NCBI RefSeq assembly: GCF_963921235.1 | Contig: NC_086097.1 | Coordinates: forward strand, 176,516,001-176,580,000 | DNA: 64,000 bases | Direction: 5' to 3' | DNA from: Mobula hypostoma | Lineage: Eukaryota | Part shown: one piece after another, positions 23,791-37,394 of the stretch | How positions within the stretch are numbered: the first letter of the stretch is position 1 | Layout of the letters: every line of letters starts with the position of its first letter | The notes under the pieces: model-generated | What the model saw: the letters and a program-made list of their open reading frames with translations, nothing else | What the model was told of the DNA's origin: nothing | The model's database searches: none | Program-made: the position numbers and the translations under genes

Positions 23791-24510
23791 TTTATAATGG
23801 ATTTCCAGCCTGTGTGGCTTTCATTTCATAGCCAATATGTCTTTATCTCTGATACTGTGGTTATAAACAAACACCTATTTCCTGAGTCAAGAATGTGGTA
23901 TTTCAGTTCCAGGATCAGACCTGGAGAATCAGGGGCCGTTCTCCTCGGAGTAGGGTTTTGATGACGTGGATACCATCAGGAGGGGTTCAGACAGGGTGGG
24001 AGAGGGCTTTCTGATTCCATTAATAGTTGATTCATGGATCCATGGAGGAAGTCACAGATTTAACATTTTGCACAGAAAATACAAGAGATGGGAGGAATAT
24101 CCTTTTTGCTGAGAGAATGTGGACAGTCTAAAACTCCCTGTTGCTCGTGGAATTAGAAACACTTTATTGGGTGTTTTGAAGTGGAATTGGATGGGTGTTG
24201 TGCGGAGAGTAGCTTACAGTATTTTGGGGAAAGGGAAAGGCAAAAGGACAGAAGGGGGTGCTCAACTAGCAACCAGCATTGACTGAAAGGGCCAAATAGC
24301 CTGCAGTACTATAGGCATTCTAGGATTCCAGATATAGAAGTGGAACCCTTGCAGAAGATGGTAGCTGGCTGTGATGACTAATGACAGGAAGTCTTGGAGA
24401 CGTAATGTATAGGAACTTCAGCCCAATTTGTCCATGTTGAACAAGATGCTCGTTTAAGCTAATCCTATTTGCCTGCATTTGGCCAATATCCCTCTAAACC
24501 TTTTCTATCC

Positions 24511-25555
24511 TGGTTCCTGGTTTGTATTCTGCAAGGAGGTCGGTGACAGTAGTGTTCCACAGGGATCTGTTCTCGGACCTCTCCTCTTCGTGATTTTTAG
24601 TAATGACCTGGATGAAGAAGTGGAAGGGTGGGTTAGTAAGTTTGCTGATGACATAAAGGTTGGGGGTGTTGTGGATAATCTGGAGGGTTGTCAGAGGTTA
24701 CAGAGGGACATCGATATGGTGCAGAACTGGGCTGAGAAGTGGCAGATGGACTTCAACCCAGATGAGTGTGAAGTAGTTCATTTTGGAAGGTCCAATTTGA
24801 AGACAGAATACAATATAAATGATGAGACTCTTGGCAGTGGGGCGGATCTGAGAGATCTTGGGGTCTGTGTCGATAGGACACTCAAAGCTGCTGTGCAGGT
24901 TGACAGTGTTGCTAAGACATGTGGTGTGTTGGCATTGATCGACCGTGGGATTGTTCAAGAGCCGTGGGGTAATGTTACAGATATATAAGACTTTGGTCAG
25001 ACTTCACTTGGAGTACTGTGCTCAGTTCTGGTCACCTCACTACAGGAAGGGTGTGGATACTACAGAGAGAGTGCAGAGGAAATTTACAAGCGTGTTGCCT
25101 TAATTGAAGGGCATACTTTATGAGAATAGGTTGAGTGCACTTGGCCTTTTCTCCTTGGAGTGACAGAGGATGAGAGGTGACCTGATAGAGGGGCTTTGAT
25201 AAGACGATGAGGGGCATTGATCATGTGGATAGCCAGACGATTTATCCCAGGGCTGAAATGGCTAACATGAGGGGGCATAGTTATAATGTGCTTGGAAATA
25301 GGTTCCGAGGGGATGTCAGAGGTAAGTTTTTCACATAGAGAGTGGTGGATGCATGGAATGCACTGCTGGCAGTGGTGGTGGAAGCAGATACAACGGGGTC
25401 TTTTAAGAGCTGATTAGATAGGTACATGAAGCTTAGAAAAATAGAGGGCTTTGTGCTAGGGAAATTCTGGGCAGTCTCTTGAGTAGGTTACATGATCAGC
25501 ACAACATTGTCGGCTGAAGAGCCTGTAATGTGCCGTAAATTTCTATGTTCTATGT
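24511..25555 (+). mobile_element. CR1 (family A) 5'-truncated RT, inserted into an older minus-strand CR1 tail (about 24410-25700)
   Basis: [16 protein letters not shown]; tail ttctatgttctatg; tatcc repeated at both flanks. Confidence 0.88.
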
Positions 25556-26071
25556 TTTATCCATACACCTGTCCAACTATCTTTTAAATGGTGTTATTGT
25601 ATTTGCCTCAACCCCTTCCTCTGACACATCGACTACCCCTGTGAAAGAAATTGCCCCTCAAATCCCTTTTAAGTCTTTCTCCTCTCCCTTTGGTGTCCAT
25701 GCTTCTGTGATAAGTTGATGGTTGGGCTTATGGGAAGGTGGAAATACGTTTATAATTGAGGTGGAGAAGCTGGGATGGTTATAAGTAGAGAGAAGGATAA
25801 AATCAGAAGGACTAGTTTCCTTTGGAAAAGGAGCACTCCAAGATTCAAAATCTGTTTCTGTGAAAATCTCTGCTGCCTCAAGAAGGTTATTTAAAATGGG
25901 AGCTTCATGAGTGTTTGTCCATTGTTCATGGCCTATCAGCAGTGTCAACAGAGCTTTACCAAGAGGGATTTCTCGCAGGTCAGCAACGGTTATTTAAAAA
26001 GGGAGCTTTGTGATCATTTGTCCATTGTACGTGGCCTATCAGTGGCTATAACCAGACCACCAATTGTAAGG

Positions 26072-29000
26072 TAAATAGCAGGGAAGGTTCAGGCATAAAA
26101 GGGAGACACTGCCTAGCAGAGCGGACATCGACGGAGTGATCTGATGCAGAGTGGTAGGGTCTTGGCTCATTTGGGATTCGGCGATATTGGGTCGAAGTGA
26201 GGTAAGTTACCTGTGAGGAATAGAAATAGGAAGTATGTCTGTGAGGCCAGTGTTCTGTACTGGGTGTCAGATGTGGAATGTCTGGGAGACTCCCAGCCTC
26301 CCAGACATCTATATCTGCACCAGGTGCGTCAAGCTGCAGCTCCTTAGGGACCGGGTTAGGGAAGTGGAGATGCAGCTCGATGACCTTTGTCTGGTTGGAG
26401 AAAGTGAGGAGGTGATAGGGAGGAGCTCTTGGCAATTAGACACACCGGGGCCTTGGGAGACAGATAAATGGGTAAAAGTCAGGAGAGGGAAGGGCAGGAG
26501 TCAGATACTAGAGAGTGCCTCTGTGGCTGTCCCCCTTAACAATAAGTATTCCTGCTTGAGTACTGTTGGGGGGGGAAATGGCCTACCTGGGGGAAGCAAC
26601 AGTGGCTGTGCCTCCAGCACAGAGTCTGGCCCTGTTGCTCAGAAGGGTAGGGAAAGGAAGCAGATGGCAGCTGTGATAGGGGACTCTATATTTTGAGGGT
26701 CAGACGGGCGATTCTGTTGGCGCAGGAAAGAAACACAAATGGTAGTTTGCCTCCAGGCGCCAGGGTCCAGGATGTTTCTGATCATGTCCACGACATCCTG
26801 AAGTGGGAAGGTGAAGAGCCAGAGGTTGTGGTGCATATTGGTACCAATGACATAGGTAGGAGAAGGGAGGAGGTCCTGAAAACAGACTACAGGCTGTTAG
26901 GAAGGAAGTTGAGAAGCAAGACCTCAAACGTAGAAATCTTGGGATTACGGCCTGTGCCACGCAACATTGAGTATAAGAATAGAGTGAGCTTGAGGATAAA
27001 TGCATGGCTGAGGGATTGGAGCAGGGGGCAGGGATTCAGATTTCTGGATCATTGGAACCTCTTTTGGGGCAGGCATGACCTGCGCGGAAAGGACAGGTTG
27101 CAGTTGAATCCGATGGGGACCAATGTCCTGTCAGGGAGGTTTACTAAGGCTATTGGGGAGAGTTTAAACTAGAATTGCTGGGGGGTGGGAACCAAACTGA
27201 AGAGATGGAGGAAGAGGCAGTTGGCTCACAAATAGAGAAAGCTTGGAGACTGTGCAAGAGGGAGGATAGACAGGTGACGAGAAGGGATACGCTCAGACCG
27301 ATGGTTTGAGATGTGTCTAATTTAATGCAAGAAGCATAATGAGCAAAGCGGATGAGCTTAGAGCCTGGATCACTACTTGGAACTATGATGTTGTGGCCAT
27401 TTCAGAGACTTGGATGGCTCCGGGGCAGGAATGGTTACTTCGAGTGCCAGGCTTTAGGTGTTTCAGAAAGGGCAGGGAGGGAGGCAAAAGAGGTGGGAGT
27501 GTGGCACTGTTGATCAGAGATAGTGTCACGGCTGCAGAAAAGGAGGAAGTCATGGACAGATTGTCTAGTGAGTCTCTGTGGACAGAAGTTAGAAACAAGA
27601 AGGGGTCAATAAGTCTACTGGGTGTTTTTATTGACCAATTAATAGTAACAGGGACATCAAGGAGCAGATAGGGAGACAGGGTTGTCGTGGTGGGAGATTT
27701 TAATTTCCCAAATATTAATTGGCATCTCCCTAGAGCAAGTGGTTTAGATGGGGTAGAGTTTGTTAGGCATATTCAGACAGGTTTCCTGACACAATATGTA
27801 GATAAGTCTACGAGAGGAGAGGCTGTACTTGATCTGGTATTGGGAAATGAACCTGGTCAAGTGTCAGATCTCTCAGTGGGAAAGCATTTTGGAGATAGTG
27901 ATCACAATTCTATTTCCTTTACCATAGCATTGGAGAGGGATAGGAACAGACAAGTTAGGAAAGTGTTTAATTGGAAAAATGGGAAATATGATGCTATCAG
28001 GCAGGAACATGGAAGCATAAATTGGGAACAGATGTTCTCAGGGAAATGTGGAAAATGTTCAGGGGATACTTGCGTAGTGTTCTGCATAGGTACATTCCAA
28101 TGAGACAGGGAAAGGATGGTAGGGTACAGGAACTGTGGTGTACAAAGGCTGTTGAAAATCTACTGAAGAAGAAAATAAAAGCTTACAAAGGATTCAAAAA
28201 ACTAGGTAATGATAGAGGTCGAGAAGATTATAAGGCTAGCGGAAAGTATCTTAAGAATGAAATTAGGAGAGCCAGAAGGGGTCAGAAGGATTAAAAAAAA
28301 CCCAAGGCATTCTACAAGTATGTGAAGAGCAAGAAGATAAGACTTCAGAGAATAGGACCAATCAGGTGTAACAGTGGAAAAGTGTGTATGGAACCAGAGG
28401 AGATAGCAAAGATACTTAATGAATACTTCGCTTCAGTATTCACTATGGAAAAGGATCTTGGCGATTGTAGGAATGACTTACAGTGGATAGAAAAGGCTGA
28501 GCATACAGACATTAAGAAAAAGGATGTGCTGGAGCTTTTGGAAAGCATCAAGTTGGATTAATCGATGGGACTGGACGAGATGTACCCCAGGCTACTGTGG
28601 GAAGTGAGGGAGGGGATTGCTGAGCCTCTGGTAATGATCTTTGCATCATCAATAGGGACGGGAGAGGTTCCAGAGGATTGGAGGGTTGCTGATGTTGTTC
28701 TCTTATTCATGAAATGGAGTAGAGATAGCCCAGGAAATTATAGATCAGTGAGTCTTACTTCTGTGGTTGGTAAGTTGATGGAAAAGGTCCTGAGAGGCAG
28801 GATTTATGAATATTTGAATATTAAAATATGATTAGGAATAGTCAGCATGACTTTGTCAAAGGCAGATCGTGCCTTACGAGCCTGATTCAATTGTTTGCGG
28901 ATGTGACTAAACACATTGATGAAGGTAGAACAGTAGATGTAGTGTATATGGATTTCAGCAAGGCATTTGATAAGGCACCCCATGCAAGACTTATTGAGAA

Positions 29001-30088
29001 AGTAAGGCAGCATGGGATCCAAGGGGACATTGCTTTGTGGATCCAGAACTGGCTTGCCCACAGAAGGCAGAGTGGTTGTAGACGGGTCATATTCTGCATG
29101 GCGTCATTGACCAATGTTGTGCCTCAGGGATCTGTTCTGGGACCCCTTCTGTTTGTGATTTTTATAAATAACCTGGATGACAAAGTGGAGGGATGGGTTC
29201 GTAAATTTTCTGATGACACAAAGGTTGGGGGTGTTGTGGATAGTGTGAAGGCTGTTGAAGGTTACAGCAGGACATCGATAAGAAGCAAAAGTGGGCTGAG
29301 AAGTGGTAGATGGAGTTCAACCCAGATAAGTGTGAGGTGGTTCATTTTGGTAAGTCAAATATGATGGCAGAATATAGTATTAATGGTAAGACTCTTGGCA
29401 GTGTGGAGGATCAGAGGGATCTTGGGGTCCGAGTCCACAGGACACTCAAAGCTGCTGCGTAGGTTGACACTGTGGTTAAAAAAGCATGCGGTGCATTGGC
29501 CTTCATCAATCGTGGAATTGAGCTTAAGAGCTGAGAGGTAATGTTACAGTTATATAGGACCCTGGTTAGACCTCACTTGGAGTACTGTGCTCAGTTCTTG
29601 TCGCCTCACTGTAGGAAGAATGTGGAAACCATAGAAAGAGTTCAGAGGAGATTTACAAGGATGTTGCCTGGATTGGGGAGCATACCTTATGAGAATAGGT
29701 TGTGTAAACTCGGCCTTTTCTCCTTGGAATGGCAGAAGATGAGAGGCATTGATAGTGTGGATAGTTAGAGGCTTTGACCCAGGGCTGAAGTGGCTAACGT
29801 GAGAGGGCACAGTTTTAAGGTGCTTGGAAGTAGGTACAGAGGAGTTGTCAGTGGTAAATTTTTTTATGAAGAGATTAATGAGTGCGTGGAATGGGCTGCT
29901 GGCGATGGTGGTGGAGGTGGATACAACAGGGTCTTTTAAGAGACTCCTGGTTAAATACATGGAGCTTAGAAAAATAAAGGGCTATGGGTAACCCTAGGGA
30001 ATTTCTAAAGTAAGTACAATTTCGGCACAGCATTGTGGGCCGAAGGACCTGTATTGTGCTGCAGGTTTTCTACGTTTCTATGTTTCTA
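26072..30088 (+). mobile_element. Near full-length CR1 (family A): ORF1 CX2C..CX2C finger/coiled coil + SGNH esterase (26235-27172); ORF2 APE-RT (about 27300-29990); disabled
   Basis: FCTGC..ICTRC, IGDS, HIGTND, AISETW, GDSDH, FSDD; (TTTCTATG) tail; multiple frameshifts; 5' boundary uncertain. Confidence 0.92.
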
Positions 30089-30478
30089 AGGCAACATCCA
30101 TCATCAAAGAAGCACAATATCTGGTCCATGTTTTCTTCTCACAGCTATCATTGAGCAGGAGGTGTCGAAGCCTGAGGTCTCACATCTCTAGGCTGTAGCA
30201 TAGCTACATCCCTTCAACTATTCAGTTCTTCAACCAACCTGAACAACCCTAATCAGTTGAGTTTAGCAACACTAGAATTATATTGATCACTTTGCATCAA
30301 AATGAGCATCTTTTTGTTTTGATTGTTTTTATCCTTCTAAAAATTGCTTATTTTGTGTTTTTCTTGTGAATAGCAATCACGTGATACTCTGTGCCTGTGA
30401 TGCTACTGCAAGTAAGATTTTCATTCCACCTGTGCAGTCATGTACTTGTGCACATGACAGTAAATTTGATTTTGACTG
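30089..30478 (+). mobile_element. Rex1-type 3' fragment
   Basis: aaggcaacatccatcatcaaaga (KAxSIIK) and tail gacagtaaatttgattttgact. Confidence 0.6.
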
Positions 30479-31365
30479 AATTAGTTCAGAGCAAGATCAT
30501 AGCCCAAAGGGCCTATTCTTGTGCTGTACTGCTCCCTTGCTTCTCTGGAGTGCTGGCAGCTGAGGGAAGATTTTTAAATTATGAAAGGTATAGATAAGGT
30601 GGGTAGTCAGTCTGATTCCATGATGGATATGTCAAATACTAGAGGGTATAATGTCAAGGTGAGAGGAAAAATTTAATAGATATTTGTGAGACCGTTTTTT
30701 TATACAATGATTGGTAGGTGCCTGAAGTGGGCTGCGAGGAGATGGTGTATGCAGATAGAATAGTTTTGTTTACAAGCCATTTTGTTCAAACACATGAACA
30801 GGCAGGGGATGAAGGGATACAAACCATGCTCATACAGAATCCATTGGTAGACTGGCATCATGGTCAATGCAGACATGATGGGCCAAAGTGCCTGTTCTTA
30901 CTCTGTAAGATTCTCCTCCATAAACAGCTATTAGTAAGCAGTAAAAACTAGTCTGGCAAACAACTCTCACATGCTGTAACCCAATAAAATGTACATGGAC
31001 TGTAATCAGGTCTGCATTTGGAAATAATCTCAGATGCTAATAAAAGTACAGATGCTGTAGGGACAAACCTTCGGCCCCTGATGAGGCATAATATTGAAAC
31101 CAATGCCCTATAATTTATTTGAAACAAGTTTCTGATCAAATCAGATGCCAATTTTTCATAAGGCAGCAATAACAGTAACAATGCTTTGTATCTCTAATAC
31201 AGAATATCACATCCATGCCATATGTTCAGCTCATCCCTAAACAATTATACAGAGAGGATTCTAAACAGAGGAAATGAGTAATGGTGATGGTTGCTTAATG
31301 AGCAGAGAGGTTACTGATTGCCTCTTTAAACACTGTACACCAGAGGATTGAAAAACTCAACATTT

Positions 31366-31456
31366 TTAACAAATCACAACAGTGCTCTCCAAGTGCTCTG
31401 TTGCGAAAGACCCAGCCAGACGGATCAAGTTCTTTGTTCGCCTCAACATTCTGAAG
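31366..31456 (-). CDS. Candidate terminal coding exon of an unidentified host gene: (S)FRMLRRTKNLIRLAGSFATEHLESTVVIC*
   Basis: Acceptor ccttcgttctgtaaatcacag; open frame in the phase set by exon 45462-45554; TAA stop; minus-strand AATAAA at 31114-31119; non-repetitive context with CpGs retained. Confidence 0.55.
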
Positions 31457-31556
31457 CTGTGATTTACAGAACGAAGGCCAATGGGTTTCTCATCATTACT
31501 CTGGTCTCTCTCTATTTATTAATTATTACTCTTATTATCTCATGTCTCTTATTACC

Positions 31557-33546
31557 TATTGAGATCTGCAATCTGCTGAGGGCTAGATCAGAGGCATTCA
31601 AGTCTGGTGACCAAGAAAGTTACAAGAGGTCCAGGTGTGATCATTAGAAAGCCATCTCACAGGCAAAGTGGCAATTCTGGTCTAAACTTGAATTGAGGAA
31701 GGATGCTCAACAGGTGTGGCCGGGCTTGATTACTATCACCTCTTATGAACTAGATCAAACAACATAAGAGATAGTAGGAATTTGCTTCCAGATGAGTTCA
31801 AAGCTTTCTATGCTCACTTTTACTGTCAAAACTTCAAAGAACCATCAACTCATCCTGTGATTTCAGTCTCTGGTGCCAATATGCAAGTGGCCTTCAGGAA
31901 GGTGAACCCAATCTGGCCCGGACATGGTACCTGGTTGAGTACTAAATGCCTGTGCTAATCAACTGGCTGAAGTGTTCACTGAGATCTTTAACCTCTCGCT
32001 TCAGCAGTCTGAGGTACCTACCTCCTTCAAGCAGGCTTTGATTATACCCATGCCTAAGAAGAACATGGTAACCTGCCTCAGTGACTATCATCCAGGAGCA
32101 CTTACATCCACTGTGATGAAATGTTTTGAGAGGTTGGTGATGAAGCAAATCAACTCCTGCCTGAGAAGTGACTTGAATCCACTCCAATCTGCCTACCAGC
32201 ACAACAGGTAACATTTTATTGGCTCTTCATTCAACCCTGGAAATTCCAGACAGCAAAGATGCATACATCAGGATGCTCTTTACTGACTACAGCTCAGTAT
32301 TCAATACGATCATTCCGTCAAAGCTTATCAATAAGCTTCAAGGCCTTGACCTCAATACCTCCTTGTGCAATTGGATCTTTGATTTCCACACTTAGAGACC
32401 CCAGCCAATTTGGATTGGCAACAACATCTCCTCCACAATCTCCATCAGTACAGGTGCACCACAAGGCTGTGTGCTTAGCTCTCTGCTCTACTCACTTTAC
32501 ACCTATGACTGTATGGCTAAACACAGCTCCAATACCATATTCAAGTTTTGCTGATGACACCACTGTCATAGGCTGAATCAAAGGTTGTAATGAATCATTA
32601 TATAGAAAAGAGAGTGAAAATCTAGCTGAGTGGTACCATAACAACAACTTCTTACCCAGTGTCAGCAAGACCAAGAAGCTGATTATTTACTTTAGGAGGA
32701 GGAAGCCAGAGGTCCACGAGTCAGTCCTCATCAGACGATCAGAGATGGAGAGGGTCAGCAACTTTAAATCCTAGTTGTTATTACTTCAGAGGACCTGCCC
32801 TGGGCCCAGCGTGTACATGTAATTATGGAGATAGCATGTCAGCGCTTCTACTTCATTAGGAGTTTGTGAAGAGTCAGCATAAGGTCTAAAACTTTGATGA
32901 ACTTCTATAGACGTGTAGTAGAGATTATATTAACTGGCTGCATCACAGCCTGGTATGGAAACACCAATGCCTTTGAATGGAAAATCCTACAAGAAGTAGT
33001 GGATACAGCCCAGTCCATCGCAGGTAAACCACTCCCGTCTATTGAGCGCATCCACATGAAATGCTGTTGCAGGAAAGCAGCATCCATCATCTGGACCCCA
33101 CCACTCAGGAGATGTTCTCCTTTTGCCGCTGCCATCAGGAAGAAGGTACAGGAGCCTTAGGACTCATATCACTAGGTTCAGGAACAGTTACACGTATTGC
33201 CCTCCACCAGCGGGCTCTTGAGCCAAAGGGGATAACTTCACTCAGCTTCACTTGCCCATCATTAAAATGTTTGCACAGCCTGCGGACTCACTCTCAAGGA
33301 CTCTTCAACTTACATTCTTGATATTTACTGTTTATTTATTTATTATTTATTTATTTTTGTATTTGCACAGTTCGTTGTCCTTTCCTCACTGGATGAATGC
33401 ACGTTGGCACAGTCTTTCCTTAATTCTAATATAGTTATTATTCTATTATGGATTTACTGAGTATACCAGCAGGAAAATGAATCTCTGTGTTGTAGTTGGT
33501 GTCATATATGTACATTGGTAATAAATTTACTTTGAACTTTGAACTT
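31557..33546 (+). mobile_element. Rex1 LINE, 5'-truncated, degenerate, (TTTGAAC)n tail
   Basis: EIFNLSL, SDYHPGALTSTVMKCFERLV, FADDTTVIG, ILTGCITAWYGN. Confidence 0.9.
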
Positions 33547-33552
33547 TATGTC

Positions 33553-34140
33553 TCTAACCACTGTTTTTCCATTCCCAATGTCGCTTCTCATTCCTCACTT
33601 CTCTTCACATTCTCCATCTCTTCCATTTCCCATCACTCCCTATTCCTGTGTCTCTCCTCTTTCCCCATGTCTTTTACCATTCCCCATGTCTCACAATTCC
33701 CCATATCTTTCTCAATTCCTGATTTTTCCCCATTCCCCATTTTCCATTTCTCTCCCCTTTCACCATGTCTCTCCAAATTTGTCATCTCCCCATTCCCCAT
33801 TTCTTCCCAATTCCCATCTCTCCTCATTCCTCATGTCTCTTTCCATTTCCTCATGTTCCTCCCAATGTTTTGAGCCTCCATTTCCCTCTGAACCTGTATT
33901 TCCCCTTTTCGATCCTTTTCCATTATGCCCTCCCCATTTACTTACCCTTCAATTGTCTTTTTCTCCTTTGTCTTTTCCTCTTACCTCATGTTCCTCACTA
34001 TCCTATCTCTCCATAGCCTTGAGTCCCTATTCAATACTGCATCTCTCCCCATTAATCTGGGTTTTTCCAATACCCCCTCTCTCCCAACTCCCTTTGTCTT
34101 TCCATCACTCTGAGCTTCTACGTTTGTCTAATCCAAAATT
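33553..34140. repeat. Pyrimidine-rich low-complexity tract (degenerate TTCCCA/CATGTC units)
   Basis: About 600 bp strongly depleted of G on the + strand. Confidence 0.8.
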
Positions 34141-34294
34141 CTCTCAGTGCAGTGAGCAAACACAGTAGTCTGACTGACAAAGGGTTAATGACAGCAAGCT
34201 TAGTACTGCACACAGGATTAGAAAGAGCTAGGGAACAGAGAGCTCCAGAGACCATTATGTTGCTCAGAGAGAAGGGAGATAGAGAGCAGGGGGT

Positions 34295-34920
34295 CCCCAG
34301 GGTTCAAGTTGATAGTATGATTAAAAAGGGATATGATGTGATGGCCTTCATTAGTTGGGGGATTGAATTCAAGAGCAGCAAGGTAAAAACTCCAGCTAGA
34401 CCACACTAGAGATATTGTGCTCAATTCTGGTCACCTCATTATAGGAAGAATGTGGAAGTTTTGGAGAGAATCAGAGACAATTTACCAGAATGCTGCCTGG
34501 ATTAGAGAACGTCTTATGAAGGCAGGTTGAATGAGCCAGGGCATTTCTCTTTGGAAGGCAGGAGGATGAGCGTCAACTTGATAGAGGTATTTAAGATTAT
34601 TAGAGGCATATACAGAGTGGACAGCCATTCTTTTTCTTCCAGGACAGCACTTGCTAATACTAAAAGACATCTGTTTAAGGTTATTGGAGGAAAGTTTAGG
34701 GGGAATGTCAGTGGTTTTTTTACATAGAGTAGTAACTGCCTAGAATGTAGAGCCAGGGTTGGTGGTAGAGGCTGATACATTAGGAACATTTTAGATGGGC
34801 ACATGGATGAAAGGAAATTGGAGAATTATGGTGTCAGGTTGATTGTAGAGTAGGTTAAAAGGTCAGCACAACATCGTAAGCTGAAGGACCAGTACTGTGC
34901 TGTACTGTTCTATGTTCTAC
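34295..34920 (+). mobile_element. CR1 3' fragment
   Basis: ARPHxxYCAQFWSP region and tail gttctatgttctac. Confidence 0.8.
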
Positions 34921-36353
34921 AGTATGTCCCATGTACTCCACCACTGCCGTGTACATATTAATGTCTACAAATAGGATAATGAGGCAAAAACTCACAGTTT
35001 TCAGGTGGCATGGAATGAAGGGATATTAGTAAACTTTCGGGGGATAAAAATGAATAAGGAGAAGAAATATTTGGTTTAAACTTGTGATATTATAATCAAG
35101 CTGTGGGAATGTTTATGCATAAAGCTTTAAAAACAAGAGATTAACAAAGCAGTTAATAAAGGATGTGGGTCCTGGAATTTATAAATAGCAGCACAGAATA
35201 TGAAAAAGTTTGAGAGCCAAAAAGCTATGCTGAGACTTCATTAAGCGGCTGATCAATCCCAGCTGTACCAAAGTCCCAGAGGTTACTACACTTAGTTGGT
35301 GGAACTGAACAGAAGTTGTTGATAACCATTAACCAGTGTTGATGATAGGCCCACCTCTACCTCTATATCAAGCACTGATGTACAGAGACAACTTGGCACA
35401 CAAGTTCATTTCTCGCTGAAAGTGGTAACACAAGCAGATAAGGTGATAAAGAAGGCTTATGGCAGACTTGCCTCCAGCAGTTGTGACATTGAGTATAAAG
35501 ATTGGGAAGATGCTGCTGCACAACATTTTAGCGAGGAGGTTTCTCGCAGATCAGCAGCGCTCGTTTCAAAGAGGAGCTTCTTGGGCATTCGGTGATATTC
35601 CGGTGGCCCAATGAGCGGCGGGAGCAGCACACAGTGAGGAGGTTTCTCGCAGGTCAGCTGGAGCAGCACAGAGAGGAGTAAATAAAAGTACAGAAGGAAC
35701 AGGAGGAGCAGCCATTGTTGGGAGTGGGCCAGTGGTGAGAGTGGGAGTGTCAGGCTTCGCCTTAAAGGAGGCTTTGGCTCAGAAGAGGCGTTGGCTCTGG
35801 GTAAGTTGTCTATTTAAGTTTCTGTTAAGTTTCCTTTTATTCTTACTGTGTCAGAAGTACTTAGCGTAGTTTAAATTGCCCTTGTGTGTTCTTCATGCTG
35901 GATATTGGAGCCCTGTGAGACCCAGAGTCTCTCGGGGAACTATATCTGCATGAAGTGTAACCAGCTGCAGCCCCTTGAAGACAATGTTAGGGACCAGGAG
36001 CAGCACCTGGATGAACTTTGATTGTATGGAAGGGTGAGAGGTCATCGATCGGAGTCACAGGGAAATGGTCACCCCTAACTTGCAGGAGGCTGAGTGACTG
36101 TCAGGAGAAGAAATGGGAAGGTGAACAGGCAATTAGCACAGAGCACCCTGTGGTCATTCCCCTCAATAACAATTATACAGTTGCGGGAGATGACCTTCCA
36201 GGAGAATGTCATGGAGACCAGGTTACTGACATTGAGCATGGATCCGTGGTGCAGAAGGGAAAGAGGGAGAAGAGGGGAGCTGTAATGATAGGGACTAAGT
36301 AGTTAGAGGAACAGTCAGGAGACTCTGTGGACGTGAACGGGACATCTCAGAAT

Positions 36354-37394
36354 CAGAATCAGGTTTATTATCACTGGCATGTGAGGTGAAATTTGTTAAT
36401 TTAGCAGCAGTTCAATGCAATAAGTAATCTAGCAGAGAAAAAACTAATAAATAAAATAAAAATAATAATAATAAATAAACAAGTAAATCCATTACAGGTA
36501 CTATTGAATAGATTTTTAAAAAGCGCAAAAAAAGAGTGAAGTAATGTCCATTTAGGAATCAAATGGTGGGGAATAATAATAAATAAGTATATCAATTACT
36601 GTATACATATATTGAATAAATTAAAAAATCATGCAAAAAACAGAAATAATATATATTTAAAAAATGAGGTAGTGTCCAAGGGTACAATGCCCATTTAGGA
36701 ATTGGATGGCTGAGGGGAAGAAGCTGTTCCTGAATTGCTGAGTGTGTGTCTTCAGGCTTCTGTATCTCCTACCTGATGGTAACAGTGAGAAAAGGGCATG
36801 CCCTGGGTTCTGGAGGTCCTTAATAATGGACGCTGCCTTTCTGAGACACCGCTCCCTGAAGATGTCCTGGGTACTTTGTAGGTTAGTGCCCAAGATGGAG
36901 CTGACTAGATTTACAACCTTCTGCAGCTTCTTTCGCTCCTGTGCAATAGCCCCCCCCATACCAGACAGTGATGCAGCCTGTCAGAATGCTCTCCACAGTA
37001 CAAATATAGAAGTTTTTGAGTGTATTTGTTGACATGCCAAATCTCTTCAAACTCCTAATAAAGTATAGCCGCTGTCTTGCCTTGTTATATCTACATCGAT
37101 ATGTTGGGACCAGGTTCGATCCTCAGAGATCTTGACACCCAGGAACTTGAAGCTGCTCACTCTCTCCACTTCTGATCCCTCTATGAGGATTGGTATACGT
37201 TCCTTCGTCGTATCCTTCCTGAAGTCCACAATCAGCTCTTTCGTCTTACTGACGTCGAGTGCCAGGTTGTTGCTGTGGCACCATTCCATTAGTTGCATTA
37301 TCTCACTCCTGTACGCCCTCTTGTCACCACCTGAGATCCTACCAACAATAGTTATCAGCAAATTTATAGATGGTATTTGAGCTCTGCCTAGCCG
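36354..37394 (-). mobile_element. Rex1 LINE 3' part, (ATTCTG)n tail
   Basis: NNLALDVSKTKELIVDF, SFKFLG, LLPSGRRYRS; TSD cagaat at 36348-36353 and 37395-37400. Confidence 0.88.

Noticed and set aside
31078..31105. CTGATGA...GAAA as a hammerhead
   Set aside because: No credible stem II or stem I pairing and no NUH triplet in place
33496..34168. ORFs of 125 and 209 aa as genes
   Set aside because: Low-complexity pyrimidine tract that lacks stop codons by composition
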